IMG/VR virus record: IMGVR_UViG_3300042896_000714
Location: 38,341 to 102,340 of that record
Reading direction: 5' to 3' (one strand)
Length of the DNA: 64,000 nt
Origin: a virus
The position numbers and the translations under genes are program-made. The notes beneath the pieces were generated by a model, which was not told the origin of the DNA, did not search any database, and worked only from the letters and a program-made list of their open reading frames with translations. Positions 29,886 to 38,955 of the stretch are shown here, one piece after another (the stretch's first letter is position 1; every line of letters starts with the position of its first letter).

Positions 29886-30298
29886 CACTTACTGCATGAG
29901 CATGTTATTGTTGATGACCATGCTGTTGTACTCCATGCAGTTTCTATTTCAATGAAATCAACAAGCTCATTAAATAAGCAAGGTAAAAACCGATTACCAA
30001 CATCGCGCCAATCTCCAGGAGCAATATCACGAGAATGGGCAGTAAGAGAATGAGTTCTTGTAACCCAGCGGTTATTGATATAATACTTGACATCATAAAT
30101 TTTACGAACAGGATATGTTACAAAATCTTGCAAGTCGCCAAGGAATTCCTCAGCTAACCAGAAACGAAATGGATGAGATTCTTTTGAAGCTTTATCCCAC
30201 TCGTACCATTCTTTGCTAGTTCCAGAACCAATTTTTTTAGTGCCACGAAGCCAATCAGCAAACTTGCCGCAGGACCAGTAGCGTATGTGTTGTGCCAT
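29855..30298 (-). CDS. Hypothetical protein; probable N-terminal half of a split gene
   Basis: W-rich ORF with AAGGAG RBS; the tail after ETAWSTTAWS reads into the insertion and stops inside the endonuclease 3' end. Confidence 0.7.
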   Translation of the reverse strand: MAQHIRYWSCGKFADWLRGTKKIGSGTSKEWYEWDKASKESHPFRFWLAEEFLGDLQDFVTYPVRKIYDVKYYINNRWVTRTHSLTAHSRDIAPGDWRDVGNRFLPCLFNELVDFIEIETAWSTTAWSSTITCSCSKCQSEGKADDH

Positions 30299-30326
30299 GA
30301 TATTTCTCCTTAGTGTCTATGTAACT

Positions 30327-30355
30327 ATTATAATGGCTTTTAGTATAAGTGTCAA
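30327..30355 (-). promoter_or_regulatory. Consensus sigma70 promoter
   Basis: TTGACA-17-TATAAT. Confidence 0.85.
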
Positions 30356-30453
30356 GTGATAAATAAAAATGCAGTAAGGATAAATGTTGGACCATTTATC
30401 CAACCTAGGGTAACTTAGGCTGTCCTGCAATACTATTTATAGGGGTAACAATT

Positions 30454-31215
30454 ATGAGTATAAAATGTCCTGGATGCGGATCCGAATTACAACAACTTAC
30501 TAACTCACATATCAAAGCCAAACATCCTGAGTTTGTTTCAGTTAGTGACTTCAAAAATCATTATCAGCTAACTACATTATGGTCTGAAGGCGTAAAGGAA
30601 AAATTTATCGATGTTAGAACTGGGGTGCCAACTGGTAAGCATGTTATGACCGACAAGTATTATGATGCAATGAAGAAACGTGGCAATGATTTTTCTGGAA
30701 GGGATCATTGGAATTATGGTAATATAACATCACAATCAGTCAAAGACAAAATAGCTGTAGGTATAACTACTAGTGAAAAATATGCAAAATCGATATCTCG
30801 GTGGTATAATGATAACGATTATAGGGAATATAGAATGGGGATAATCAATAATCAAGTAATACCAAAAGGTCTATTAACTCGGGCTGCGAGAGGTCAAATA
30901 ACACGATTTGAAGATAAACCTAAATTTGCACAATATTGTATTTTAGTAAACCGGATTACGCAAAAATCCCTTAACTTGCACAAAGAGTATATTGATCCCA
31001 ACCATGTTCTGCATTCGGATAATTATACGATTGATCATAAATTTTCTAAATTTGAAGGGTTTGCTCAAAATATCCCACCTGAAGTTATTGGCAGCAAATG
31101 GAATTTAGAGCCACTACTAAGGGTTGATAATTCGTCTAAAAGAACCAAATGCTCTATAACAATAGAAGCATTACTCCAGGCATTTAATTCTGATCAATTG
31201 ATTTGTCAAACCTAA
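30454..31215 (+). mobile_element. Putative HNH-family homing endonuclease
   Basis: N-terminal CPGC..H...H Zn finger, G..HWNYG NUMOD3-like motif, C-terminal IDHKFS...NLEPL...NSSK; antisense insertion; TAAATA 30360-30365. Confidence 0.7.
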
Positions 31216-32599
31216 ATTTAAGAAATCTCGGAAACCGCAAACTATAAGTATCGCTGGAATCAGATTTAGTCACTGCATCTGCTTTGATTTCAGCAATCTG
31301 ACCAACAACTGTGTCCCCACTTGGTTGTTCAGTATAAGTAACCCACTTGCTGCCAACTTTCTTTTTCCATGTTACTGGCTTTCCAGTATAATCCGCCCAA
31401 AGTTTTGAACGAAGTTGGATTGAATAACCACCGCCAACATTTACTCTTATTTTGCGCCCTTGATCGATTCCCTCACACACTAACGCACCAAGAGACCCTT
31501 TGAATTTGCTATCAGGCTTGCCTTCTTCAACATCAACAACTTTAAGGTCCATTGTCAAGAAGGGTTTCATTTTTAACCAGTTTTTGCTACGTTTGCATTC
31601 GTAAATTGCTTCTGGATCTTTAAGCATGATACCTTCAGCTTTTGCGTCAAGTGCAGCTTTATTCACTTCAAGTAGCCGATCACGACCTGCTTGCGTATCC
31701 AAGTCAACAATTTCGTAACCAAGCACTGCCACATTAGGCATATCATCAGCGTGTTTATTATACCAGTTGTGCAGCATTTCCAAACGATGTTTTTGTTTGG
31801 ATTTACACACCCCAGCTTGAAATTCCTTAAGTGTCATAATGTCAATTAAATTAAGCACTGCGTCATCAGTCTGGATGTCAGTCTTACGACGTGACTGCTT
31901 CATCAAATCTTGAAAGTTTTTGCTCATTACTTCAGCATCAAACACCATGGCTTCTTCAAGATTGCTAGCAATAATTACTTTAGCAATCTGTTCTTTAATC
32001 ATTGTAAAGTTTAACAATTCCTTACCGTTACGGGAGAATTGATCCACTTTGCCATTTGGATATGCAATAGTTAAGGTGCGCATTCCATCAAGCTTAGTGT
32101 CAAGAATCTTTTTACCTTGTAATTCAGATTCGTCAACATTGCCTTCGTCATCAACACAATCTTTGGCAAGTTGACATTCAAATACTGTGATTGCAAACTG
32201 CGGGAATTTCTTCTCGCAAACACGATTAATAGTGCTTTCAGAAAAGCCAGCTTTCATATCTTTGATAAGAATCAAACGGTACCAACCGTTCCATTGTTCT
32301 TTAGTTGCTTGATTGACTAGTAATAATACGGCGTCCCGAGCAGCATGACCTGTGAGGTCACGATTTCGTAATAGGCTAGCAGTACGATTAAAACTATCCC
32401 AATCCAGGCCAGGACCATCTTCATTAAGTTTCTCCGGTATTTGTTTTACACCAAATGTCACAGTTGCATCGTATGCAAGTCGAACACCTTCAAAAAACAC
32501 GGTGTTGTTTGCCATTGCTTCTTGAAGCACAATTGCTTCTTTAGCTAAGCGCGAATTGTCTACTTCTATAGCAGCAATAATTTTCCAAGGTTGATTCAT
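31184..32599 (-). CDS. ATP-dependent DNA ligase
   Basis: KLDGMR adenylation motif, FSRNGK, DAEV, EGIMLK, WLKMKP, SLRFPRF. Confidence 0.95.
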   Translation of the reverse strand: MNQPWKIIAAIEVDNSRLAKEAIVLQEAMANNTVFFEGVRLAYDATVTFGVKQIPEKLNEDGPGLDWDSFNRTASLLRNRDLTGHAARDAVLLLVNQATKEQWNGWYRLILIKDMKAGFSESTINRVCEKKFPQFAITVFECQLAKDCVDDEGNVDESELQGKKILDTKLDGMRTLTIAYPNGKVDQFSRNGKELLNFTMIKEQIAKVIIASNLEEAMVFDAEVMSKNFQDLMKQSRRKTDIQTDDAVLNLIDIMTLKEFQAGVCKSKQKHRLEMLHNWYNKHADDMPNVAVLGYEIVDLDTQAGRDRLLEVNKAALDAKAEGIMLKDPEAIYECKRSKNWLKMKPFLTMDLKVVDVEEGKPDSKFKGSLGALVCEGIDQGRKIRVNVGGGYSIQLRSKLWADYTGKPVTWKKKVGSKWVTYTEQPSGDTVVGQIAEIKADAVTKSDSSDTYSLRFPRFLKFRFDKSIDQN

Positions 32600-32629
32600 G
32601 TTGTTCCTTACTGTGTTGTGTAAGTGTAT

Positions 32630-32658
32630 ATTATAACAGGGAACGTAGTCCCTGTCAA
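32630..32658 (-). promoter_or_regulatory. Consensus sigma70 promoter overlapping a hairpin
   Basis: TTGACA-17-TATAAT; ACAGGGA/TCCCTGT inverted repeat. Confidence 0.85.
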
Positions 32659-32663
32659 TTTGA

Positions 32664-33284
32664 TTACGGGCGTTTAGTAATGACTTTGTCAGCTAATCCG
32701 TACGCAACTGCTTCTTCAGCGCTCAAAAACGTATCAAACTTCATAGTTTGAAACAGCTCATCGTAAGTTTTACCCGCAGTATTATGCCGAACGTATAACT
32801 CAGTCAGTCGTTTGTTAATACGTACTGATTCTTCAAAAGATCGTTTTGCATCCTCGAATTGTAAATCTTGAACGTGAACGCTACCGCTTGTTCCACGAGT
32901 GCCTGAACTGACTCGATGAATCATCGTACGTGCTTCAGGAAGCACAAATCGCTTTCCAGGTGAACCTGCCATTGCAAGGAACGATCCCATGGATGCCGCT
33001 TGCCCCATGACGATAGTATTAATATCAGGTTTAATGAAATTCATAGTATCATAGATCGCCAACCCTGCGGTGACATGCCCACCTGGACTATTAATGAACA
33101 TAGTAATGTCTTCAGGGCCTTGACTTTCAAGAAACAGCAACTGGGCAACTAACAAGCTAGCCACGTGATCATTAACATCAGTGTCTAGCATTACGATTCG
33201 ATCCTTGAGCAATCTACTGTAGATGTCGTAGGAGCGCTCACCTCGAGCCTCGGACTCGATAACGATTGGCACTAAATTTGGCAT
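32664..33284 (-). CDS. clpP: ATP-dependent Clp protease proteolytic subunit
   Basis: [23 protein letters not shown] (catalytic Ser), [17 protein letters not shown]. Confidence 0.95.
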   Translation of the reverse strand: MPNLVPIVIESEARGERSYDIYSRLLKDRIVMLDTDVNDHVASLLVAQLLFLESQGPEDITMFINSPGGHVTAGLAIYDTMNFIKPDINTIVMGQAASMGSFLAMAGSPGKRFVLPEARTMIHRVSSGTRGTSGSVHVQDLQFEDAKRSFEESVRINKRLTELYVRHNTAGKTYDELFQTMKFDTFLSAEEAVAYGLADKVITKRP

Positions 33285-33305
33285 TGTATTCCTTAATAAT
33301 TAGTT

Positions 33306-33334
33306 ATTATAACATGACTTGAACATCAAGTCAA
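33306..33334 (-). promoter_or_regulatory. sigma70 promoter for clpP overlapping a palindrome
   Basis: TTGACT-17-TATAAT; TGACTTGA/TCAAGTCA inverted repeat. Confidence 0.8.
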
Positions 33335-33558
33335 CGACCTGTTTGCACTGCTCTAATCAACGGTCCGTTAGTGGTAAAGCTCAAGCCACCCATTCGACCT
33401 TCATATACTAACCCATTCCATTTCATTTGGAGCTTTACTGATCGATCGACACTAACAGTCATATTTGATCTTTGCTTAAAGCTTAATAATTCGCCAACCA
33501 TGCGACGACCGTTTTCTTCGCACATTATCTCACACGTATTTTCTACAAGCTGTCTCAT
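33331..33558 (-). CDS. Hypothetical protein
   Basis: 75-aa ORF coupled to the upstream gene. Confidence 0.65.
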   Translation of the reverse strand: MRQLVENTCEIMCEENGRRMVGELLSFKQRSNMTVSVDRSVKLQMKWNGLVYEGRMGGLSFTTNGPLIRAVQTGR

Positions 33559-33839
33559 AGTGCAACCTCGACTTTTTTAACACTGTCCCATCGAAAGCTC
33601 TTCCAAGCTTTTGATTCAAGATCAAAGACGCACATAGTTGCATCGTTAACCTTGCGTTCCTTCTTTAGTTCAGTAGTTTCTTTAATTTCAAAAGTAGGTA
33701 CTAATTTTGAATTAGTAGTACAAAGCATAGTACGATCAGTTCCATCTTTTTTAGTAAACTGTACCGTTACTGTATTGGTGGCTAACATACCCTTAAGCCA
33801 TTGCTTAAAAGCTTCTGTTTCTTTTTCACTTAATTTCAT
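33555..33839 (-). CDS. Sm-like/SH3 beta-barrel protein (WYL_2-like)
   Basis: FTKKDGTDRTMLCT and VFDLESKAWKSFRWDSV motifs typical of small T4-like phage proteins. Confidence 0.7.
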   Translation of the reverse strand: MKLSEKETEAFKQWLKGMLATNTVTVQFTKKDGTDRTMLCTTNSKLVPTFEIKETTELKKERKVNDATMCVFDLESKAWKSFRWDSVKKVEVAL

Positions 33840-33978
33840 GTGTGTATACCTTTAGTAGTTCTTTGAGTCTTGCATTTTCTAATTCAATAGTTTCAATGTG
33901 TGCTGCTAACTGCAACAACATTTCATACATATTTTTTGCAGTCGTTTTGACTACTTCCTTAATATCAACTGTTTCCAT
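33826..33978 (-). CDS. Small coiled-coil protein (50 aa)
   Basis: Manual ORF METVDIKEVVKTTAKNMYEMLLQLAAHIETIELENARLKELLKVYTHEIK. Confidence 0.55.
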   Translation of the reverse strand: METVDIKEVVKTTAKNMYEMLLQLAAHIETIELENARLKELLKVYTHEIK

Positions 33979-34824
33979 TTATATTTCCAATACTAAATTA
34001 ATATCCCAACCAGTTTCTTGTTCACCTACATATCCACGCGGGTTACATACAACACGAGTACGATCACCAATCATATAGTCACTTGGAGTGTGCATATGCC
34101 CGTGGGTCCACAATTTAATCTGTGGGTTATCCAAAATAAACTCACTTAAATCACTTGCATACGCCCCGTTCATAAGATATTGATCTTGATAATTCGAAGA
34201 TATACTTAATCGACTTGGGGCGTGATGCCCAACCACTACAAACTTTTCATCATGTTTTTCAGCAACCACTGCTCGAATATACTGTAACATTTTACGATGC
34301 CGAACTACAGTATGTGCAGGCCGCAATGGAGTATATCCGGCTTCATCATTCCGTATAATACTGAAATCATTCATCATATCATTGACGGCATGCAGTGTCA
34401 ATGGATCATTGTTATTCATATCAGTCCATAATGTGCCACCAATAAATGTAACATCATCTAATTTAAAAACATCAGTTTCAAGAAAGTGAATGTTTGTAAA
34501 CTTTGCACAATTTTCACGTAAAATATCTAATGACTTAACCCATTTACCATGGTAAAATTCATGATTGCCTGCAACATAAACTACATGAGGGAAAGCTTCA
34601 CTAACCCGTTTAAAAAACTCCAAGTATCGAATTGCACTTTTTGTTCTATTGCTCATTTTTTGAACTGCGCCAGAACTGTAAGGATTGAAATCCGGAATAT
34701 TACGATCTAAATCGTCAGCAATACATATGTCACCAGATAGTACTAGTACATCGCAACCATTATTAGGAATGGTGATATCTCCAAATTCAAGATGTAAATC
34801 CGAAACAACTTTAATACGTAGCAT
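33979..34824 (-). CDS. Calcineurin-like metallophosphoesterase
   Basis: SDLH, SGDI, AGNHE, HHAP, HGHMH, NPRGY. Confidence 0.92.
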   Translation of the reverse strand: MLRIKVVSDLHLEFGDITIPNNGCDVLVLSGDICIADDLDRNIPDFNPYSSGAVQKMSNRTKSAIRYLEFFKRVSEAFPHVVYVAGNHEFYHGKWVKSLDILRENCAKFTNIHFLETDVFKLDDVTFIGGTLWTDMNNNDPLTLHAVNDMMNDFSIIRNDEAGYTPLRPAHTVVRHRKMLQYIRAVVAEKHDEKFVVVGHHAPSRLSISSNYQDQYLMNGAYASDLSEFILDNPQIKLWTHGHMHTPSDYMIGDRTRVVCNPRGYVGEQETGWDINLVLEI

Positions 34825-34853
34825 AAATAAATAAATAATAAAAGGAAAATTGA

Positions 34854-35831
34854 ATGTTTACTGAAAACAAATACTGTAAAGTGTATTTTAGCATAATAAC
34901 TAATGCGATGTCAAGAGCAAATGGAGAAAATACAGTAAGTGATACTCCTGCGTATTATGAACGGCATCACATTATTCCAAAATCATTAGGGGGAAGCAAC
35001 TCAACAACAAACTTAGTTAAGTTAACTGGCCGTGAACACTTTATATGCCATCAACTGTTGATTAGATTTACGAAAGGTGATGAAAAGAGAAAAATGGTGT
35101 TTGCCTTGATGCGTATGTTTCGATCAAAAAATGGTATACATTGCAGCCATATTTCAGCTTCACAATACGAAAGATTAAAAATAATGTGGTCAACCGCTCA
35201 AAAAGAAATGTGGGCTAATCAAGATTACCGAGAAAGGATTATTAAAAAAATGAAAGAAAGCTGGACAGATGATCGGAAATTAAAATTTTCTAAAACTATC
35301 AACGAAATTTGGAATAATCCTGAAAAGAGACTTGAAGCTTCACACCGATCGAAAAATTTTTATTTGAATAATGGTAATCGAATTCAAGCATCGTTAATTC
35401 AACTGGCGCTGCATAAAGCGAATCCTGAAATAGGAAAAAAGAAAGCTCGACCAGGAGAGCAAAATGGTATGTTTGGAAACACTCATACCAAAGTCGTAAA
35501 AGAAATAATTTCTAAAAATACTAAAAAGTCTTTAGCAAACAGAAGTTATGTGGAGATTTATGGTGATAAAAAGGCAAACGAGTTGAAATTGGATAGATCT
35601 AAAAAACTAAAAACGTTTATTAAAAATAATCCAGAAGTAAGAACTGGCGGGAATAATCCAAATGCTAAACAATGCTTAATTACTAGTCCTAGTGGAGATA
35701 CTACTACAGTCTCGTGCCTTAAAACATTTTGTAAGGAAAATAGTATTTCTTATTGGGGATTAGGAGAGACTGTGCGTGGAAATCAGTCAACATATAACGG
35801 CTGGATTGCAACTTATTTAAATCCAAAATAA
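34854..35831 (+). mobile_element. HNH homing endonuclease with NUMOD3-like motifs
   Basis: ERHHIIPKSLGGSN...NLVKLTGREHFICHQLL; GEQNGMFG, GGNNPNAK; antisense; TAAATA repeats at 34824-34837. Confidence 0.88.
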
Positions 35832-35836
35832 TTCGT

Positions 35837-36520
35837 TTATTGAGCGGCTTGCACGTAATTAAGTCTAGTTATTTCCATTTTATGAAAATAATGCATGGAA
35901 TGATCTTTAACCTTGGCTTTAATTAAAACACAATCACCAAGTATAAGATCCGTTTTGCTAAACCAACTAGCTAATTTAGTATCCACTATGGCAGTAATAT
36001 TCCAAGCATCGAAGTTTTTTGATCGAGCACTTTCAAGAATATTACAGTCTTTATCTAAAATAGTAGTAGCTACAGGTGCAAGATACCCTGGCACAACTTC
36101 CCTAAGTTGTTTTTTAACCCGATTTTGTATTTCGTCTCGAATGTAGACTGATGGTAAACATGCAATGAATCCAATTTCTTCAGGCGGCATCTCTTCAGAG
36201 AAGAGCAATTTATTAACAGTGGTATGAAAATCATTTTCGCCAATAACTGCAGCAAACATTAATTTACGATAGTACTTTCGAATTTCTTCAGCTTTTTCCG
36301 AATCCTCGTCGGTAATTACTAAATCCAACGGACGATACTCTGGCAGAATTTTACTAACACCTATAGCATACTTAATCAAATCTTTATTACGATACTTTAA
36401 ATATAAAAACTTACCATCTGCAGTATTCACTGGTGAGGTTTCCTTCAGGTATGCACCATTAACCCTGAATGCGGCACATGATAATTCAAGAATATTTTGA
36501 ACTGAATATAACTTTTTCAT
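35837..36520 (-). CDS. Hypothetical protein
   Basis: 227-aa ORF with upstream promoter. Confidence 0.7.
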   Translation of the reverse strand: MKKLYSVQNILELSCAAFRVNGAYLKETSPVNTADGKFLYLKYRNKDLIKYAIGVSKILPEYRPLDLVITDEDSEKAEEIRKYYRKLMFAAVIGENDFHTTVNKLLFSEEMPPEEIGFIACLPSVYIRDEIQNRVKKQLREVVPGYLAPVATTILDKDCNILESARSKNFDAWNITAIVDTKLASWFSKTDLILGDCVLIKAKVKDHSMHYFHKMEITRLNYVQAAQ

Positions 36521-36539
36521 TTATGCCCTTTGTAACAAT

Positions 36540-36573
36540 AGTGTATTTTACTTGAAAATACACTTTGCGTCAA
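36540..36573 (-). promoter_or_regulatory. sigma70-type promoter overlapping a 10-bp inverted repeat
   Basis: TTGACG-17-TAAAAT; AGTGTATTTT/AAAATACACT. Confidence 0.7.
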
Positions 36574-37219
36574 GCATATCTAAATTCTTATACACTTTTT
36601 TAGCCAGTTTACGCAACAGTTTAGTACTTTTGATTGTATCGATATACGCCTGCAAACTAGAACTTACTAATATTGAATTTTGGTGTAGCCTAGCCAATAC
36701 TGTCATTCGAGTCATATACATCTTAGCCCGGTTGGCTGGCATTGATCTTAGTAATTCAACGGCGATACTAACTGAGTATGCATCGAGCTCATCATCATCA
36801 GACAAGTACAAACTGTATGGTTCAACATCAGCAGCCTCTTTGTATATAACATGATTACGGGCTTGGCTTTGAGCACGGTGCTTGCATTCGTGGATAACTG
36901 AATCGTATATTTGAATTAACAAATCAGTAATTTGTGCTTTTAAAAAAGTTGAATTTTCTTTAAAGTTATGAAAAATTATTATTTCGATGGCAACTTCACC
37001 ACTCACGTCGTTTTCAGAATAATAGTACGCTTCTACATAAAAAAAGTCATCAGCAAGCCCATGATCTTTTTTAGTCTTTAGCATGATGTCCAATCCTACT
37101 TTTCTAAATTCGGTCTTAATCGAACCAACCAACTTTTTAAGACTAGCAGGAGTTGTATGCAGTTTCCGAATACGATTGCATGCCTTATTAGACTGAGAAA
37201 GAACATAGGGCATTGACAT
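36548..37219 (-). CDS. Hypothetical protein with HExxH metallopeptidase-like motif
   Basis: VIHECKH followed by YLSDDDELDAY. Confidence 0.6.
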   Translation of the reverse strand: MSMPYVLSQSNKACNRIRKLHTTPASLKKLVGSIKTEFRKVGLDIMLKTKKDHGLADDFFYVEAYYYSENDVSGEVAIEIIIFHNFKENSTFLKAQITDLLIQIYDSVIHECKHRAQSQARNHVIYKEAADVEPYSLYLSDDDELDAYSVSIAVELLRSMPANRAKMYMTRMTVLARLHQNSILVSSSLQAYIDTIKSTKLLRKLAKKVYKNLDMLDAKCIFK

Positions 37220-37225
37220 AGCGCA

Positions 37226-37399
37226 TTAATCCTTTTTCTTTATACTAAGATTTCCGTTTTCAACAGATATGCTTAGTACATCACCTTCAATCCACCCAAG
37301 GCTTTCTAAAAGAGCAGGGGGAAATTTCATAATAACGTTATCTGGATCACCAGGAATGTCTTCAAAAATATCTTCGGCATTAAATGTCATATTCTGCAT
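37226..37399 (-). CDS. AbrB/MazE-like small DNA-binding protein (57 aa)
   Basis: Manual ORF ...VIMKFPPALLESLGWIEGDVLSISVENGNLSIRK. Confidence 0.65.
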   Translation of the reverse strand: MQNMTFNAEDIFEDIPGDPDNVIMKFPPALLESLGWIEGDVLSISVENGNLSIKKKD

Positions 37400-37902
37400 T
37401 AGTGTTCTCCGGTATCTTTAATAACTAACCAACCAAGTGTATGCAAATCTGCTTCAATTTCTTCAGTAACTTCACACTCACTAACAAATCCAGTATCACC
37501 TTTGTCTCCCATGCCACTGCAATACCAATCAATATAGTCGCCAGTTTGCTGCATATCAGCAACAATGCCGCCAGCGTGTCTCCAACTGCACGACCACGTT
37601 TGTTCTTTTAGTATTGTCCACATTTCACGCTTAATGAAATCGTTATTACACATTGCAGCATAAAGGTTTTGAGCGTACTGCTCACTGGTTCGGACTTTTT
37701 CAAGTATCCAATCGGTGGTACGCAAATCAAACTCCATGTTATTCTTTTGCCATGCAGGGTCAACTTCTTGTTGATCCGCTTGCTGGGCGAAGGTGTTGAA
37801 CATCATTAGAATATCGGGATCAAGTTCTTTACCGTCCTTGATGGCGTTTTTAATGTGCGATTCTTTTTGGAACGTGTTTCGTTCAGGACTTTTTGATATC
37901 AT
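37399..37902 (-). CDS. Hypothetical phage protein
   Basis: YAQNLYAAMCNN, WSCSWRHAGGIVAD, DYIDWYCSG; leaderless from TTGACA-17-TACAAT (37909-37937). Confidence 0.75.
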   Translation of the reverse strand: MISKSPERNTFQKESHIKNAIKDGKELDPDILMMFNTFAQQADQQEVDPAWQKNNMEFDLRTTDWILEKVRTSEQYAQNLYAAMCNNDFIKREMWTILKEQTWSCSWRHAGGIVADMQQTGDYIDWYCSGMGDKGDTGFVSECEVTEEIEADLHTLGWLVIKDTGEH

Positions 37903-37956
37903 AGTACTATTGTAATATAATTTATGCGCGATGTCAAGTAGTAGTTAAATACCCCT

Positions 37957-38955
37957 ATGCAATTCTCCTCCATACCATTTGATAAAATCACACGCTTCGG
38001 CCAGCAAACAATGCTTAACCGACCGCTGTTCTCAACTAGCTGGATACTAGGCAGGTTCTGCAATTATAACTGTTCATACTGTTGGCCGTATGCAAGATCT
38101 GACACTCTTGATTATCAACCATTGGACTTGTATAAAACCACAGTTTCTGAGATTAAAAGACAAGCTAGGATAAATGGCTTTACTGAATTTCATTGGTCAT
38201 TCAGCGGCGGTGAACCCACTGCATACAAACATCTACTAGAGCTAACTCGACATTTAGATGATGGGGCACAAACCCCGTATCAAAGTATTCATATGACTAC
38301 CAATTTATCGCCCAGCATTAACTGGTGGAAAAATTGGGCAGTATCAACGGAACTATTGCAACGCAGAAGCATCACTGCTAGCTTCCATGATGAGTTTGCT
38401 AAGGAGCAAGAGTTCGGTGATAAAATCATAGCATTGATGTATGAAGGTGTTCATGTTACGATTAATCAAGTCATGGTACCGGACACGTTTTATCAATTAT
38501 ACGATCGGCTTGAGCGATTTAAAAAGCGTGGAATTAACGTAACATTAAAGCCACAGAGCAACTCGACTGCGACTGCCATTGTAGACGGATATAGTGATGT
38601 CATGATGGGCTTGATGCGAGAATATGCAATACAACAATCGCACGGGATGGACTTGCATCAAATAGCATTATACGAAAAGGATGATACTGTACATTTTATT
38701 GATCAAGCAGAACGGTTTAATGCATTTGGGTTTAATAAATTCACCGATTGGGATTGTAATGCAGGATACCAGAGTGTTATAATAAAGGGTAACGAAATTA
38801 AACGCGGCTATAGTTGTCACGACATGCCTCTTGGTACATTAGATAGCGGATTTGAACTATTTAATAGCTCAAGAACATGTATAACCCCGAGCTGTGTAAG
38901 TTCAGCAGATTCAAAAATTCCCAAAAACAAACATGCACTTAATATCAATACATAA
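37957..38955 (+). CDS. Radical SAM protein with C-terminal Cys-rich (twitch-like) domain
   Basis: CNYNCSYC, FSGGEP, CNAG...C...CITPSC; TAAATA 5 nt before ATG. Confidence 0.92.
   Translation: MQFSSIPFDKITRFGQQTMLNRPLFSTSWILGRFCNYNCSYCWPYARSDTLDYQPLDLYKTTVSEIKRQARINGFTEFHWSFSGGEPTAYKHLLELTRHLDDGAQTPYQSIHMTTNLSPSINWWKNWAVSTELLQRRSITASFHDEFAKEQEFGDKIIALMYEGVHVTINQVMVPDTFYQLYDRLERFKKRGINVTLKPQSNSTATAIVDGYSDVMMGLMREYAIQQSHGMDLHQIALYEKDDTVHFIDQAERFNAFGFNKFTDWDCNAGYQSVIIKGNEIKRGYSCHDMPLGTLDSGFELFNSSRTCITPSCVSSADSKIPKNKHALNINT

Noticed and set aside
28900-29915. Group I intron interrupting the split gene
   Set aside because: The endonuclease ORF is antisense and fills almost the whole insertion; no P/Q/R/S core seen; a new promoter and start serve the downstream half
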